Virus record (IMG/VR): IMGVR_UViG_3300020045_007912
Location: 1 to 47,522 of that record
Strand: one strand, 5' to 3'
DNA: 47,522 bases
Origin: a virus
Lineage: Duplodnaviria > Caudoviricetes
Shown: positions 8,652 through 18,948 of the stretch, piece by piece
Layout of the letters: the number at the start of each line of letters is the position of its first letter
Position numbering within the stretch: the first letter of the stretch is position 1
Program-made: the position numbers and the translations under genes
The notes under the pieces: model-generated
Seen by the model: only the letters and a program-made list of their open reading frames with translations
What the model was told of the DNA's origin: nothing
Databases searched by the model: none

Positions 8652-9119
8652 TTAAATGTCGTTTTCTTTGATGTAGTCAGAAAGTAACTTTACTTTGAAT
8701 TCAGAACATATCTGTTTAATTTCAGTGTCGAACTTTTCCATCGCTAATTTCTTTTCAGCCCTAACGCCTTTTAACTTTGAATGCAAAAAATCATTGTCAC
8801 GGTTTACGACCATGTAATGCTTTCGCTCGTAACCGGAAAGTTGACTTGTTTTGTCACCTTCTTTATAAAGAAGATTGCCGTTCCCGTGCTTGCCTATTAT
8901 GGTAATCTCGGCTTCATCTTTCCATGAGTTACCAGGTATGCCCTGAACCTTAAACTTTTTGAAAGTCTCATTGGTCTTGGCCCAATCCCTTATAAAGTTT
9001 TTTAATGCGGCGTATGATTTTTTGACAGACCTGCTATCATCAATATCGCAGGTAAAAGTCTCGTTGTCGGTATCGAAACGTATTTCAAAACCTTTATAAA
9101 TTTCTATTACTGGTTGCAT
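8652..9119 (-). CDS. Hypothetical protein, paralog of 40855-41322
   Basis: EIRFDTDxETFxCDIDDSRSxKKSYxALKxFI is shared between the two. Confidence 0.8.
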   Translation of the reverse strand: MQPVIEIYKGFEIRFDTDNETFTCDIDDSRSVKKSYAALKNFIRDWAKTNETFKKFKVQGIPGNSWKDEAEITIIGKHGNGNLLYKEGDKTSQLSGYERKHYMVVNRDNDFLHSKLKGVRAEKKLAMEKFDTEIKQICSEFKVKLLSDYIKENDI

Positions 9120-9120
9120 A

Positions 9121-9342
9121 TTATTTTGTTGTTACTAATTTCACATTCCTAAACCCAACTCTACCCGTATAAACACCGTTCACATAGCCGGTGTAATAAC
9201 CCTTTTGGTCGGACACCCCCGTGTAGACGAACACGCTGCCGTGTCCTACCGTGTACTCTTTTCCGTAGATAGGCTGTCCGCGTTGAACTGTACACGAAGA
9301 CAGCGCGGCTAATAATAGGATGGTTGTTAGGGTGAGTTTCAT
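9121..9342 (-). CDS. Small lipoprotein
   Basis: MKLTLTTILLLAALSSC lipobox. Confidence 0.7.
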   Translation of the reverse strand: MKLTLTTILLLAALSSCTVQRGQPIYGKEYTVGHGSVFVYTGVSDQKGYYTGYVNGVYTGRVGFRNVKLVTTK

Positions 9343-9934
9343 GATGTTCGGGTTACTTTAGTTGTACCATCTGTGTAAGTAGTGAAATCGCAAGAAATCG
9401 GGTTGTACTTTTTGTTATAGTTCCTTAATGCAGTCATTACATTATTCCTGCTTTTGTCTGTAATAAAATAACCTTTGACACCCAAGTTATTGAAGCCGTA
9501 AATAGTTCGGCCATGTGGTTTTACTGTTTTTTTAGTCATTATCAATCTTCTATTTTTATAGTTGGTAAAACGTTTAGCATTCCTTTAAGAACAAGTATCC
9601 CTATGTTATTAACAAACCATTGCTTTATTAAAGGTTTAAAAGTATAGGTCCACCATGCGCTACATTTTTTGTATTCATCATTGATATCATATTCCGTATA
9701 CCCTATGTGAACAGACCTATAATCTACCTTACCGCCTCCAATATCAATGTTTTTATATTGCCTATTTTCTTTATTATATGTTGGCCTAACAAACTTGCAA
9801 TATAGATTAACTATATCGTCCATAGTAAGTGTTGATTTTTCAGATACGCATTTATTTATAGCTTTATAAACGCCCATCTGTCCATTGGACAACTTAGGTA
9901 TGTTTGAATTTTTAATTATTGCTATTGCTTCCAT

Positions 9935-10058
9935 AGTTCAAATGTAAATACAAATTAGTTACAAACCAAATTAAAATTGAAATAAAACTATTTTCAAATA
10001 AATTTGCATCTTAATTTTATTATCCCGTATTTTGATGCCATACAAAAACAACAACATT
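9935..10058. promoter_or_regulatory. Divergent early promoter region
   Basis: AT-rich gap. Leftward TTG..TACATTTG (9969-9939); rightward TTGCAT..GTATTTTG (~10003-10034). Confidence 0.75.
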
Positions 10059-12552
10059 ATGAAAACTTACCAAGTAAAAACAAAACACGGATCGTTTGAG
10101 GTTTACGCATCTAACCTTTACACAGCATCATTAATTGCAAAAACGAGCCTTTATGAGGGCGAAGTTGTTTTATCTATAACCGAAAGATTATTCTAACACC
10201 ATGAAACAACCACGTAAAAACGACCTAATCAATTACGTTATAGATAACGAGTTGAACATGTATGAGTATCCTAATCAAGACTGTTCAGATATTGAGCAGG
10301 TCTACCAGGACCCCGCTAAGTATTTAGCTGATAATTACGCAACTGTTTTGGAGATGTATTTATTAGAGGAGGCTGCGTAATGGGACAATATCAGCCCGTA
10401 GACTGGCCAATAGATGCGCCAACATACCACTCTTTAGCAGGGTGGGAATTTGAGAAGAAATTAGCTTTGGATAAGTTAAAGGCTGAATTGTCTTGCAAAC
10501 GTCCGACTATGAAACAGTTGAATAAGATGTATGACAGGGCTAAGCAATTGTCTGACGTAACACCAGGGTTTAAATACCTAAGAATTGCTTGCAGGATCGT
10601 AAGCCACATACGCCAACGAAATCACAGAGAGTACGCTGAATTTTGTAAAAGTAATTTATCATGAGTAGAAAACCACATATAATTACATTAGAACTATTCC
10701 AGGAATGGCTAATGAAAAACGAGACAGTATATGCCTCATCTTTGCCCGATAAAAAACTTACCGTGACAATGTCAGGCGGGTATAAGGTTTATAAAAACGG
10801 CGAACTTTACTGGCAAGGGATGCAGCCTTTTGCTGCTATCGAAAAATACAATTCAATTTAAACTATCATGACCAACTACAAAAAACAACCAAGCAAATCA
10901 ATATCTAATATGCTATACGTTATAGCGAACGGCGGCAAGGTGCTGTCGGCAAATGACCAACCAGTTAAACCAGCAAAGAAATGAGCAACTACAAAAAAGT
11001 ATCCCTAACGTCCGGGGTTAATGAGGGCGAGATCCATGTGGATGAGGTGGATGTTAGTAAGGGGGTATACTTAAAGGCAGTAGAAAAAGACGGAAGGGTT
11101 AACATCCGTTTTGTTGTTGGTTTTCCTAATTCATATAAAATTGCAATTACAAACAATAATAGCTTAGCTGTCCCAAATTACTCAAGCCTGTTAAATATCC
11201 TTAAAGAATTCAGAACACAGGATGAAGATTGCTTATGGAATGCATTCACCCTATCCGGCAAGCGCATCGTAACCGAAAAGGCGATATGTGTGGATGATCT
11301 GAAAGATTCGGATCATGTGGGATGGATACACCAAGACGGCACACAAAAAGGTTACGTTACAAAAATAGGCACAAAAACCTTTGTAGCTGTTGCAGCCGAT
11401 GGCGGTAATAACATGGTTGATGTTTACGACAATAACATACAAGAAAGTTTAAAGGCTTGCGTAAAACATAGCCCAGGTTACATTTCCGAAATCCGCCTCT
11501 ACCCCACCCGCCGCGAGCTTTACACCTGGCTTGCATCATGAACCGCTGGCAACCAAAATACACCGCAAGGCCGAGGGTTGGGCGGGATGAGCAAAACTAT
11601 TGGCCAGTAATAATCGGAAAGGTCGCGCTGGTACTAATTGCAATATTAATTAACGAAATAGGAGAGATAGAGTAATGAAAATACAAACAAAGCATCTTGC
11701 ACCATACCTGCCATATAGGTTGAATATTTTGCTACAAGGCAAAAAACTTGAACTTACTGGACTTGAAAGCCCTTATAAAACTAACGATAATTATTATGTC
11801 AATGGAGTTGTAAGAGAAATTAACGGCACATATAAACAATCAAGGTCCATGTGCCTAACGGATAAAAACGTAGATTTATGCAAACCTATTTTTAGGCCAA
11901 TGTCTGATTGTTTAAAATTTATAACAGACCATAAGGGAAGGAAGTTTTGTCCCGCAGAAGCTTTATGGTCTGTCGATAGTGTCGATATTGATAGATGGAA
12001 TACATTTGGTTTTATACCTCCATATTGGCACGATTGCATAAAGGTTGGCGTAAATAGCCATGACTGGAATACCGTTAAATTTTTATTTGAGTGGCACTTC
12101 GATGTATTCGGATTAATACCCGCAGGTTTAGCTATAGACATTAACACCATTCCCCATGACTAACCTCACCCCAAACAAACTTCACGCGATAATTAACGAG
12201 AAGTGTAACGAGCCGACCATATCAGATATTATCGGCAGAGACGCAAGACCAGTAAACACATTAAGGCAACCAAAATTTGAGATAGCATCTGAACGTAAAG
12301 TTAGGTCCGGATGGTTAGGTGATGTTTTGGATAGGTTGAGTGGGAAATAATATGCAAACGTTAAAAGAAAAATCGGAAAGGCTAAAGGAAATTGCAGCCG
12401 AGTTGAGATTAATAAATGAAGACATTTTCGACTTAAATGTAGATATGTGGGTATCAAGTTCTGCATCATACGCCGCTTTATCATCCAAAAGATTATCTGA
12501 TTTATATCAAGAAATTATGGATGATATTATTGAAAGTGTGAATGGATTGTAG
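10059..12552 (+). other. Rightward early cluster of hypothetical ORFs
   Basis: 10059-10196, 10201-10380, 10380-10664, 10661-10861, 10981-11541, 11675-12163, 12156-12350, 12352-12552; abutting starts and stops. Confidence 0.8.
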
Positions 12553-12564
12553 TATCTTACACTA

Positions 12565-12665
12565 ACAGTTATAGGGGACGCGACCTCCGAGAATTAACTA
12601 AAAACATTGCCCTTGTTGGGTTCGGTATTGTCGCGGTATCGGATTCTTCGAGGGCGCTTTTATTT
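12565..12665 (+). promoter_or_regulatory. Structured leader with two hairpins having complementary loops
   Basis: CGCGAC (12579-12584) versus GTCGCG (12630-12635). The second hairpin is followed by a T-run. Confidence 0.65.
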
Positions 12666-12676
12666 AAAAACACATC

Positions 12677-13204
12677 ATGGAAAAGACACCGTGGAGAAAG
12701 AATCTTGACAAACGCTATATTAGCGGAGAGGATCTATTACTGGAACAAAAAGGACTAAAAAAAGAAATGGTGGTGACATTATCATCATGGAAAGATAGTC
12801 CAGCATTTGACCAAAAGTTACAAAAAGAGGTTGATAAGACCGCTATTTATTTAAAAGAATACCCGAGCGGTAAACCACTTTACAAACCAGCGTTGCTAAA
12901 TGTAACTAATGGCGATTTTCTATCAAAAGAGATAGGTAACGGTTCATCTTACATTGACGACTTCGACAAGAACAAGCCGTTCGTTATTTACGCAAAACCT
13001 GATACCAGGCACGGCCATGTTACCAGGTTAAAGAAATACTATGCTCCTGCAACTGTTACTCCTGACAATGCTATCTCGGTACTTAGCAAGGCGGCAACAC
13101 AATCGCAAATTGGCGACCTCTGGAAAACACTATCTCCAGAAGAAAAGAAGCTACCCGAGGTATTGGCATACGCTACTAAATTGAAAGGAGAGTTACCAGC
13201 ATGA
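12677..13204 (+). CDS. Putative ssDNA-binding/annealing protein
   Basis: Coupled upstream of the YqaJ exonuclease; function inferred from position. Confidence 0.5.
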   Translation: MEKTPWRKNLDKRYISGEDLLLEQKGLKKEMVVTLSSWKDSPAFDQKLQKEVDKTAIYLKEYPSGKPLYKPALLNVTNGDFLSKEIGNGSSYIDDFDKNKPFVIYAKPDTRHGHVTRLKKYYAPATVTPDNAISVLSKAATQSQIGDLWKTLSPEEKKLPEVLAYATKLKGELPA

Positions 13205-13854
13205 TCAACTACAAAGATATTATCCAAGGCACAGAGCCTTGGTTTCAAATAAAGTGGGGCAAGGTAGGCGGCTCATCATCTAAAGGGCTATTCGTTAAAT
13301 CAGACACTTTGTTAATACAAGTACTATCTGAACACACCGAGGAGTTTGAAATGGATGATGATGGATACATGAATGCAGAAATGCAACGTGGTGTCGAATT
13401 AGAACCGATGGCCCGTATGGAGGGTAGTAAATACGCGGGGGTTAAATTCCTGCAAAGCGGATGGCTACAATGCGAAGAAAACAAGCTGCTAGGTATTAGC
13501 CCAGACGGTATAACCGCAGATGAGACTATCAGTTGCGAAATCAAATGCCCGTCAAGGCAAAAGCACACATCGACTGTTTATGCAAAAGAGATACCATCTG
13601 ACAACATACACCAATGCCTGCATTACTTTACGGTAAATCCAAAATTGGTAAAACACTACTTCTTTTCGTTCAGGCCAGAAAGTAAGTATCCATTATGGCC
13701 TGAATGCCTTACCCGTGAAAGCCGTATCGACTTAGGTACAAAGGCAAAGCCTAACGTTAAGACAATTGCCGAGTGGGTAGATATAGCTAAGTTTAACGCT
13801 AAAGAATTAGAGGCTAATCTTGAACTCGCTTTGGATAAAATGGATAGTTTCTAA
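13201..13854 (+). CDS. YqaJ/lambda-exonuclease family recombination nuclease
   Basis: QGTEPW, RGVELEP, SPDG, EIKCP, Q motifs. Confidence 0.92.
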   Translation: MINYKDIIQGTEPWFQIKWGKVGGSSSKGLFVKSDTLLIQVLSEHTEEFEMDDDGYMNAEMQRGVELEPMARMEGSKYAGVKFLQSGWLQCEENKLLGISPDGITADETISCEIKCPSRQKHTSTVYAKEIPSDNIHQCLHYFTVNPKLVKHYFFSFRPESKYPLWPECLTRESRIDLGTKAKPNVKTIAEWVDIAKFNAKELEANLELALDKMDSF

Positions 13855-13908
13855 TGCACAACCCCCGCACCACCATCGAACGCAGGATAAATTAAAAAAA
13901 ACAAGAAC

Positions 13909-14286
13909 ATGAAAAAGAACCTATTAACGCTACTAAACGAACGTATCGAAACAATCGAATACAGGGCTATTAAATCCGAACTAATGAAGGCTGCACAAAA
14001 TAAGCGTACTGAATATCGCCGCATCTACTTGCAGGACGATACCATAATGCGCCTACAAAACGAAGGCATTAAAGTGACCAAAATAAATGAGTTTGGCACA
14101 GACAAATTTTTACTGTCATGGGCTTTGACAAATGAAGAGCGGCTTATCGCTAAGATTAAATGGGCAGTATCTATTGCTGATCGTCACATCAGCGTACCAC
14201 AAGCAGAATTGACCGATGCTGAAAACGATGCATTTGTATCAGAATTGCGCAGTTTAGGGTTTCACATTCAATCAGCCATTGCGTAA
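13909..14286 (+). CDS. Hypothetical protein
   Basis: ORF coupled to the clamp gene. Confidence 0.7.
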   Translation: MKKNLLTLLNERIETIEYRAIKSELMKAAQNKRTEYRRIYLQDDTIMRLQNEGIKVTKINEFGTDKFLLSWALTNEERLIAKIKWAVSIADRHISVPQAELTDAENDAFVSELRSLGFHIQSAIA

Positions 14287-15386
14287 TGAAGATCAATCAA
14301 TCAACCCTACTCAATGCTTTACTAACCGTTAACAAGGCGGTTAGTACGAGTAATATCGTCCCCATAACGAAATGTATTTTATTGTCATCGAAAGATGGAA
14401 AGCTGACCATGTCTGCTACTAACTTTAACATATACATTGAAACATTGGTAAGCAACCAAGACTGCGAAACTATTCACGCTGCCGTAGATGCTGAATTATT
14501 TACATCTTTTATTAAGAACCTACCAGCGCAACAGATAGAGTTTAGCATAGAAGACGATGTGTTAACGATTCTACACCATACCGGTAGCGCATCATTTGAC
14601 ATCTTTACTGATGAGTTTCCCGTTATGCCGATGCCAAAAACCAAAAACACATTGGTCATTAAATCAGACGTTATTAAAAACGGAATGGCTTTAACAAGCT
14701 ATGGCGCGGCTAATAAAGATTGCCCAATAGCTTCTTTGACCAATTGTCTTTGGCGATTTACAGAAAATCGGGTAACATTTTTCGGGTTTAGCCCAAATAT
14801 GGGGGCAACGTACTTTTACGATATTGAAAGTGCTGTTATTGGGGATATTCTAATACCGCCTCATGCATTCTCTGTTTTTGATAACTTGGCAGATGAAAGT
14901 TTAGCTGTTGTATTTGATAAGACAAACTTGTTGATCTCGTCAGAAAAAACCAAAGTATCTATTAGATTAGCCGATGAAAATTATCCTGATGCTGCGGGTG
15001 CTATTCCCACCGTTGGGGACCTTACGGCTAAGGTAGATAGGTCAGAATTACTATCTGCACTGTCTCGTGTTAGGTCATTCCAGGAAATAGATACAAGGCT
15101 AAATAATCGATACATTAAATTAGCCTTTTCAGCGGATGCAATCGATGTTACCGCAGAGTACATTAATGCCAAACGAAAGGCAAACGAAAAAGTATCTTGT
15201 GAATACATTGGTGAGCCATTAGAAATGATGTTTAACATCGATTATTTGTCGGCCATACTTAAAAAGTTTACTACCGAACACATCGTGTTAAACTTAAAAG
15301 ACTATAGGACCGCCGCAATCATAACGACCAACGGGCAGGAGGGCAAAGATGATCTGTGTTTGTTAATGCCTTATGCAAAATACTAA
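14286..15386 (+). CDS. dnaN: DNA polymerase III beta sliding clamp
   Basis: 366 aa; PI..CILL, SATN, EFP, RL...NYPD, FNIDYL, C-terminal LLMP. Confidence 0.9.
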   Translation: MKINQSTLLNALLTVNKAVSTSNIVPITKCILLSSKDGKLTMSATNFNIYIETLVSNQDCETIHAAVDAELFTSFIKNLPAQQIEFSIEDDVLTILHHTGSASFDIFTDEFPVMPMPKTKNTLVIKSDVIKNGMALTSYGAANKDCPIASLTNCLWRFTENRVTFFGFSPNMGATYFYDIESAVIGDILIPPHAFSVFDNLADESLAVVFDKTNLLISSEKTKVSIRLADENYPDAAGAIPTVGDLTAKVDRSELLSALSRVRSFQEIDTRLNNRYIKLAFSADAIDVTAEYINAKRKANEKVSCEYIGEPLEMMFNIDYLSAILKKFTTEHIVLNLKDYRTAAIITTNGQEGKDDLCLLMPYAKY

Positions 15387-15539
15387 AGCATGAACACCCA
15401 ACCCACAATCGCGTACCCTAATACGCGAGATCAAACGCCTCGAAACCCAACGCGCATTTAACCAGAAAGCTGTTGATAAGGATACCGAGCTAATCGAAAG
15501 CCATTTAGAAACTATTAAAATATTGGAGGAGAAAGAGAA

Positions 15540-15881
15540 ATGATGCTATACGAATGCGATAAGGCAGATTGCTATCATTGCTACCACCTAAATAAGACAA
15601 CTAGTATTAATGAAAGTGAAGTAAACAGGTCCTATCAATTAGCTATTGCAAGCCTTTATGTGCATCCAAAAGACCGAAAGGAATTTAAAGGCACAAAAAA
15701 ACGGGTGTTCACCGATAAATAATATGGTTACATTATGGCTACTTTTGATAGGCCAGCTAAAGAAATTGCGGATGAACTATTTATCACGGCTGATACACTA
15801 AGGTCGCAACGTTATAAATTACGAATTAAACATAATATACCAGCAAAAAACTGGAGAAACAACAAAAAACATGGAAATTAA
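15540..15881 (+). pseudogene. HTH (LuxR-like) gene interrupted by one in-frame TAA at 15720-15722
   Basis: Reads ...KRVFTDK*YGYIMATFDRPAKEIADELFITADTL... in a single frame. Confidence 0.6.
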
Positions 15882-15905
15882 AGGATTTTTGCATATATTT
15901 ATATT

Positions 15906-16460
15906 ATGGAAATATGGAAACCTATTTTTGGCGGCAAATATCATATAAGTAGTATCGGTCGAATAAAAAGCTACGGGATTAGATCTAATGGACAAATTCT
16001 TAAATTAAGAACTGATATTAATGGGTATCATTATTATGGGTTTTACTTTAACGGCGCGGTTTATACTAAAAAAATTCATAGAATTTTAGCTATTGAATTT
16101 ATACCAAATGATTTAAATAAAAAATGTGTAAATCATATAAATGGTATAAAAACAGATAATAGAGTTGAAAACCTTGAATGGTGTACTCATAGTGAGAATA
16201 CTAAGCATGGCTACAAAATTGGAACTAATAAAGTGGGTGAACTTCAACGTATTGGCATGTCCGAAAGGATGAGAAAAAAAATTGGTATTAATTCAACTGC
16301 TGGCAAAAGCATAACAGATGGGGAAATAATATTCCCAACGATTAAATCAGCGGCTGAATTTTATGGAATAAAACATAAAACACTTTCAGCAATGTTGACA
16401 GGACAAAATAAAAATAAAACTAACTTAAAATTTATAGAAGATGCCAGAAGTAAAAGGTAA
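15906..16460 (+). CDS. NUMOD4-HNH homing endonuclease
   Basis: EIWKPI..YHISSIGRIKS; HRILA..F; VNHINGIKTDNRVENLEW; AT-rich. Confidence 0.93.
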   Translation: MEIWKPIFGGKYHISSIGRIKSYGIRSNGQILKLRTDINGYHYYGFYFNGAVYTKKIHRILAIEFIPNDLNKKCVNHINGIKTDNRVENLEWCTHSENTKHGYKIGTNKVGELQRIGMSERMRKKIGINSTAGKSITDGEIIFPTIKSAAEFYGIKHKTLSAMLTGQNKNKTNLKFIEDARSKR

Positions 16461-16785
16461 AATTTTAGAAGTATCCGCAACCCAACAAGTAACAGAGCGT
16501 TACTCAAAGCGTGAATTAGTATTAGAGTATGTGGAAAATCCACAGTATCCTGAATACATCAAGTTCGAGACAGGTAAACCTGAACTACTCGAAAACCTAC
16601 GACCAGGGCAAGAGGTAGAGGTATTCTTTAACCTGAAAGGCCGCAAATGGACGGACAAAATGGGTAAGGTGGTTTACTTTAACACTTTGCAGGTTTGGAA
16701 GGTTAGTGTGTTGGGTGGAGCATCAATCGCACCGAGCGTTGCAGCTACTCTAGGAGCGGCAGAGGATGATGACTTGCCGTTCTGA
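16441..16785 (+). CDS. DUF3127 family SSB-like protein
   Basis: KRELVLE...QYPEYIKFE...FNLKGRKW...YFNTLQVWK; acidic tail DDDLPF. Confidence 0.88.
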   Translation: MPEVKGKILEVSATQQVTERYSKRELVLEYVENPQYPEYIKFETGKPELLENLRPGQEVEVFFNLKGRKWTDKMGKVVYFNTLQVWKVSVLGGASIAPSVAATLGAAEDDDLPF

Positions 16786-16789
16786 TATT

Positions 16790-16818
16790 TTAGCCGTGTA
16801 AAAAGCGGCTTTTTATTT
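16790..16818 (+). terminator. Intrinsic terminator
   Basis: AGCCG-tgtaaaaag-CGGCT followed by TTTT. Confidence 0.75.
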
Positions 16819-16854
16819 TGCAATTCCGAAACTTATACCTATCTTTAATTAATA

Positions 16855-16960
16855 TTTCAAACTTTAGCGAAGTGATGAGCGTTAGTGTTTGAAATTCACA
16901 AGAATTCAATATTTAATTGGCCCGTTAGAAAACTCATCACTCTACGGGCCTTTTATATTT
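16855..16960 (+). promoter_or_regulatory. Structured leader of replication operon with complementary hairpin loops
   Basis: AGTGATGAG (16871-16879) versus CTCATCACT (16933-16941). Second hairpin GGCCCGT..ACGGGCC is followed by TTTT. Confidence 0.75.
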
Positions 16961-17794
16961 ATGCCAATTATTACAATCTATCAGAACTTCGACCCCAAGT
17001 CGTTACGGTTCTACAAGCACATAAACCATGTGTTAAATCGAATAAAGACGGGAGCATCAAAGGAACTTATTTACAAAATAAGGTCTACCAATGATAAAGA
17101 CCTAAAGATGCAATTACCATCGATTTTATTTAGCGGTGAGTTCAGTTATCGGAATGCAAAAAGTCTTATCAACCATAGCGGGTTTATCTGTCTTGACTTC
17201 GACAAATTCCCAAATAGCGAAACTCTACTAACGTGGAAAGACACCTTAGAGGCGGACGAATATACCTACTGCGTTTTCCTTTCACCATCTGGAAATGGTT
17301 TGAAGTGTTTAGTTAAGATCCCTGCGATAGCCGAAAATCACAAAGGATACTTCGATGCGTTAAAAGACTATTACGACTGCGAATACTTTGATAAGTCAGT
17401 TTCGGACATTTGTCGCATATGCTTTGAGAGTTATGACCCATACCTAACTATTAATCAAAATTCAACCGTATGGGATGTAAAAAAGGAATACAAACCGATA
17501 ATCAGAACCCAAAGCGACGCACCAATAGATGAGCAAAAATCGGCTAAGCTACTTTTAAAATGGTGGACTAAAAGATATGGCCTTTACAACGGCGAACGCA
17601 ATAGCAACCTTTTTAAACTATGCGCCGCGCTTAATGATTATGGCGTTAGTAAACAGTATGCAGAAGACATCGTATCCACCTTTGAGCAGCAAGATTTTAA
17701 ACTAACAGAAATACTTACCACTTTGAGGTCAGCTTACCGCAGGACAGACAAATTCGGCACTCTTAAATTTTCAGACGAATGGAGAAAAAATTAA
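16961..17794 (+). CDS. BT4734/VirE N-terminal-type primase with PriCT-like C-terminus
   Basis: K.QLP...FSGEF, HSGFICLDFD, SPSGNGLK, R.CFESYDP; GERNSNLF. ATG 16961. Confidence 0.85.
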   Translation: MPIITIYQNFDPKSLRFYKHINHVLNRIKTGASKELIYKIRSTNDKDLKMQLPSILFSGEFSYRNAKSLINHSGFICLDFDKFPNSETLLTWKDTLEADEYTYCVFLSPSGNGLKCLVKIPAIAENHKGYFDALKDYYDCEYFDKSVSDICRICFESYDPYLTINQNSTVWDVKKEYKPIIRTQSDAPIDEQKSAKLLLKWWTKRYGLYNGERNSNLFKLCAALNDYGVSKQYAEDIVSTFEQQDFKLTEILTTLRSAYRRTDKFGTLKFSDEWRKN

Positions 17795-18948
17795 AGATCG
17801 CCCACAAAGACGAAGAGCCGATAGTAAAGACAGATAATCTGGTTATCGATATTAAGATGTTCTTAAATAAGTCCTATAAATTGCGTCGGAATGTTGTTAG
17901 TAGGAACATTGAACTTAACGATGTTAATATGGATGATGCCATGCTTAACAGTATGTTTATTCAGTGCAAAACGCACATCCCTAAAGCATCAAAAGACCTG
18001 GTAACTGCAATTATATTCAGCGATTTCATTCAGGACTACAACCCGTTCGCTGAGATAATCGAACACTATAATAAGAACTATCCAAAGCAGGCAACTGGAC
18101 ACATCGATGCGATAATAAAAACCATCGAGACAGATACGCCTAACGCAGATATCTTTATCAAGAAATGGATAGTCGCTTTGATAGCAAGCATAAACTACAA
18201 GCACTCGCCATTAATGCTTGTACTATGCGGCGGACAAAATACAGGCAAGACAGAATGGTTCAGGCGATTGCTACCTACTTGCTTGCTAAAATATTATGCG
18301 GAAAGTAAGCTTGATGCAGGCAAGGATGATGAGATATTAATGACTAAGAAACTCATTATCGTTGATGATGAGATGGGTGGAAAGTCCAAAGCCGAAGAAA
18401 AAATATTAAAGCGTATGACATCTGCACAGGTTTTTAGCGTTAGGTCGCCATACGGGCGTGTTAGCGAGGACTTGCAAAGGCTTGCCATGTTAGGCGGCAC
18501 ATCAAACCCTTTAGAGATACTTAACGACCCTACAGGTAACAGGCGAATACTGCCAGTTAAAGTATTATCAATAGACCATAAGGCATATAACTCTGTAAAC
18601 AAGGATCTGTTATTTTTTGAGGCGTGGTTAGAGTATGAGAACGGGTACGACTACAATCTAAGCAATGAGCAAATAGCCCTACTAAAAGACAGTAGCGTTG
18701 ATTTTAAGACATCATCAACCGAAGAGGAATTGCTGCTTAGGTATTTCGGGCTTCCGAGTGAACATCCGCAGATGCCAGAATACGAGATGACCAATTCAGA
18801 GATATTGTCACACATTCAGAACCAATCTAATATCAAGATGAGCCAGACAAAGTTAGGCATAATATTAAAGCAAATAGGTTTTGACCAGAAGCATATCAAG
18901 ATAGCCAATACGACAAAAAGGGTCTATTTAGTAACCAAGTTGCTGTAA
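17779..18948 (+). CDS. VapE/VirE family P-loop helicase
   Basis: GGQNTGKT, IVDDE, R.PYG, GTSN..L.DPTGNRR. Confidence 0.9.
   Translation: MEKKLKIAHKDEEPIVKTDNLVIDIKMFLNKSYKLRRNVVSRNIELNDVNMDDAMLNSMFIQCKTHIPKASKDLVTAIIFSDFIQDYNPFAEIIEHYNKNYPKQATGHIDAIIKTIETDTPNADIFIKKWIVALIASINYKHSPLMLVLCGGQNTGKTEWFRRLLPTCLLKYYAESKLDAGKDDEILMTKKLIIVDDEMGGKSKAEEKILKRMTSAQVFSVRSPYGRVSEDLQRLAMLGGTSNPLEILNDPTGNRRILPVKVLSIDHKAYNSVNKDLLFFEAWLEYENGYDYNLSNEQIALLKDSSVDFKTSSTEEELLLRYFGLPSEHPQMPEYEMTNSEILSHIQNQSNIKMSQTKLGIILKQIGFDQKHIKIANTTKRVYLVTKLL

Larger units (their letters stand above)
4321..9934 (-). other. Leftward accessory operon 1: ~18 short, mostly hypothetical ORFs
   Basis: Abutting minus-strand ORFs, e.g. 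4321-4488, 4490-4693, 4745-4954, 4968-5180, 5164-5550, 5585-5770, 6136-6822, 7472-7711, 9339-9545, 9542-9934, downstream of the promoter at 9939-9969. Confidence 0.85.

Noticed and set aside
15720-15722. Stop-codon reassignment
   Set aside because: Single case. TAA, TAG and TGA all terminate core genes normally, and long genes are uninterrupted.
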